NCBI RefSeq assembly: GCF_964194025.1
Contig: NC_134475.1
Location: forward strand, 8,370,001-8,434,000
Source: Convolutriloba macropyga
Lineage: Eukaryota
Length of the DNA stretch: 64,000 nt
Reading direction: 5' to 3'
Shown: piece after piece, positions 63,364 through 64,000 of the stretch
How positions within the stretch are numbered: position 1 is the first letter of the stretch
How the letters are laid out: each line of letters starts with the position of its first letter
Made by a program: the position numbers and the translations under genes
The notes under the pieces: model-generated
What the model was told of the DNA's origin: nothing
Databases searched by the model: none
What the model saw: only the letters and a program-made list of their open reading frames with translations

Positions 63364-64000
63364 TCAATATAATTTCTCAGGTGATTGTTAATTTATAATT
63401 TACTGCTTATTTTCATATAAAATTGTTTACGCTAAACAGCGACATTAAACGAAATTTAAACTGATTATATACGATCAAGCAATAATTATCGAATTATCAA
63501 GAATATCAAAAAAATGGCCGACCGTTTGAGATTTAATCAAGATCCTTAGCTTTTGAGTTTGACAAACCTATTGAGGGCTTGCAAGTTTGGCGTCTATACA
63601 GTTCACTTTCTAAACAAGACGGGACTGCCATACTGGTCATTATAACAGTCAAATTAAGGAAAACGATAGAGAAAGACTTGACTTAAATTTGCATAATGCA
63701 TAAAAATGCATAATGTCAAAACATAGTTTTTGATTTATTAAAAGTCAAAGAGTTAAAAAATGAACAAAAACAGTGTAAACAACAGAAAAAAATATTCTAA
63801 AAATAAGTTCGAATAACCTGTCTAAGTTACTGGCTAGAAATCAAAATAGACTGAAAGAAGTTGATCATCAAAATTTAATAAAGTCTTTAAATGTTGAAGT
63901 GTATCCGACGCAATCAGCTTTTTGAATTATATGGTCGTTAAAAAGTATGATAACGTTTTTGAGGAATTCGAAAAGCTATATTTTTTTTCAGCTTTAATTT

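Noticed and set aside
63568-63593. Upstream ZP micro-exon (TPNLQALNR)
   Set aside because: Phase fits, but the acceptor is weak and the peptide does not resemble ZP sequence.

Overview
AT-rich, repeat-dominated eukaryotic (animal) genomic DNA with three assembly gaps (35091-35223, 38607-38736, 50142-50341). Almost all ORFs in the supplied track are spurious or transposon fragments. The one host gene I can support is the 3' end of a minus-strand, spliced ZP (zona pellucida)-domain membrane protein, in three phase-compatible exons (62933-63117, 61950-62102, 55749-55888) carrying ZP-C cysteines, a furin site, an external hydrophobic patch, a TM helix and a YxxV tail. Mobile DNA comprises: a decayed CR1-like LINE with an apparent three-ORF layout (SGNH-like ORF, PHD/RRM ORF1, APE-RT ORF2, (CAA)n tail); a second CR1-like RT remnant; an old Ty3/gypsy (Mag-like) LTR element with a 5-bp TSD, inserted in one arm of a long foldback element and partly duplicated between two gaps; and a set of CCC-ended non-autonomous DNA elements with 2-bp TSDs and interchangeable internal repeat arrays, one carrying a tRNA-like Pol III cassette. 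Local amplifications include a six-unit ~770-bp mosaic array, a 2-kb tandem duplication with a templated/fold-back junction, a three-unit ~550-bp array and two 13-bp minisatellites. No prokaryotic system or CRISPR array is supported.
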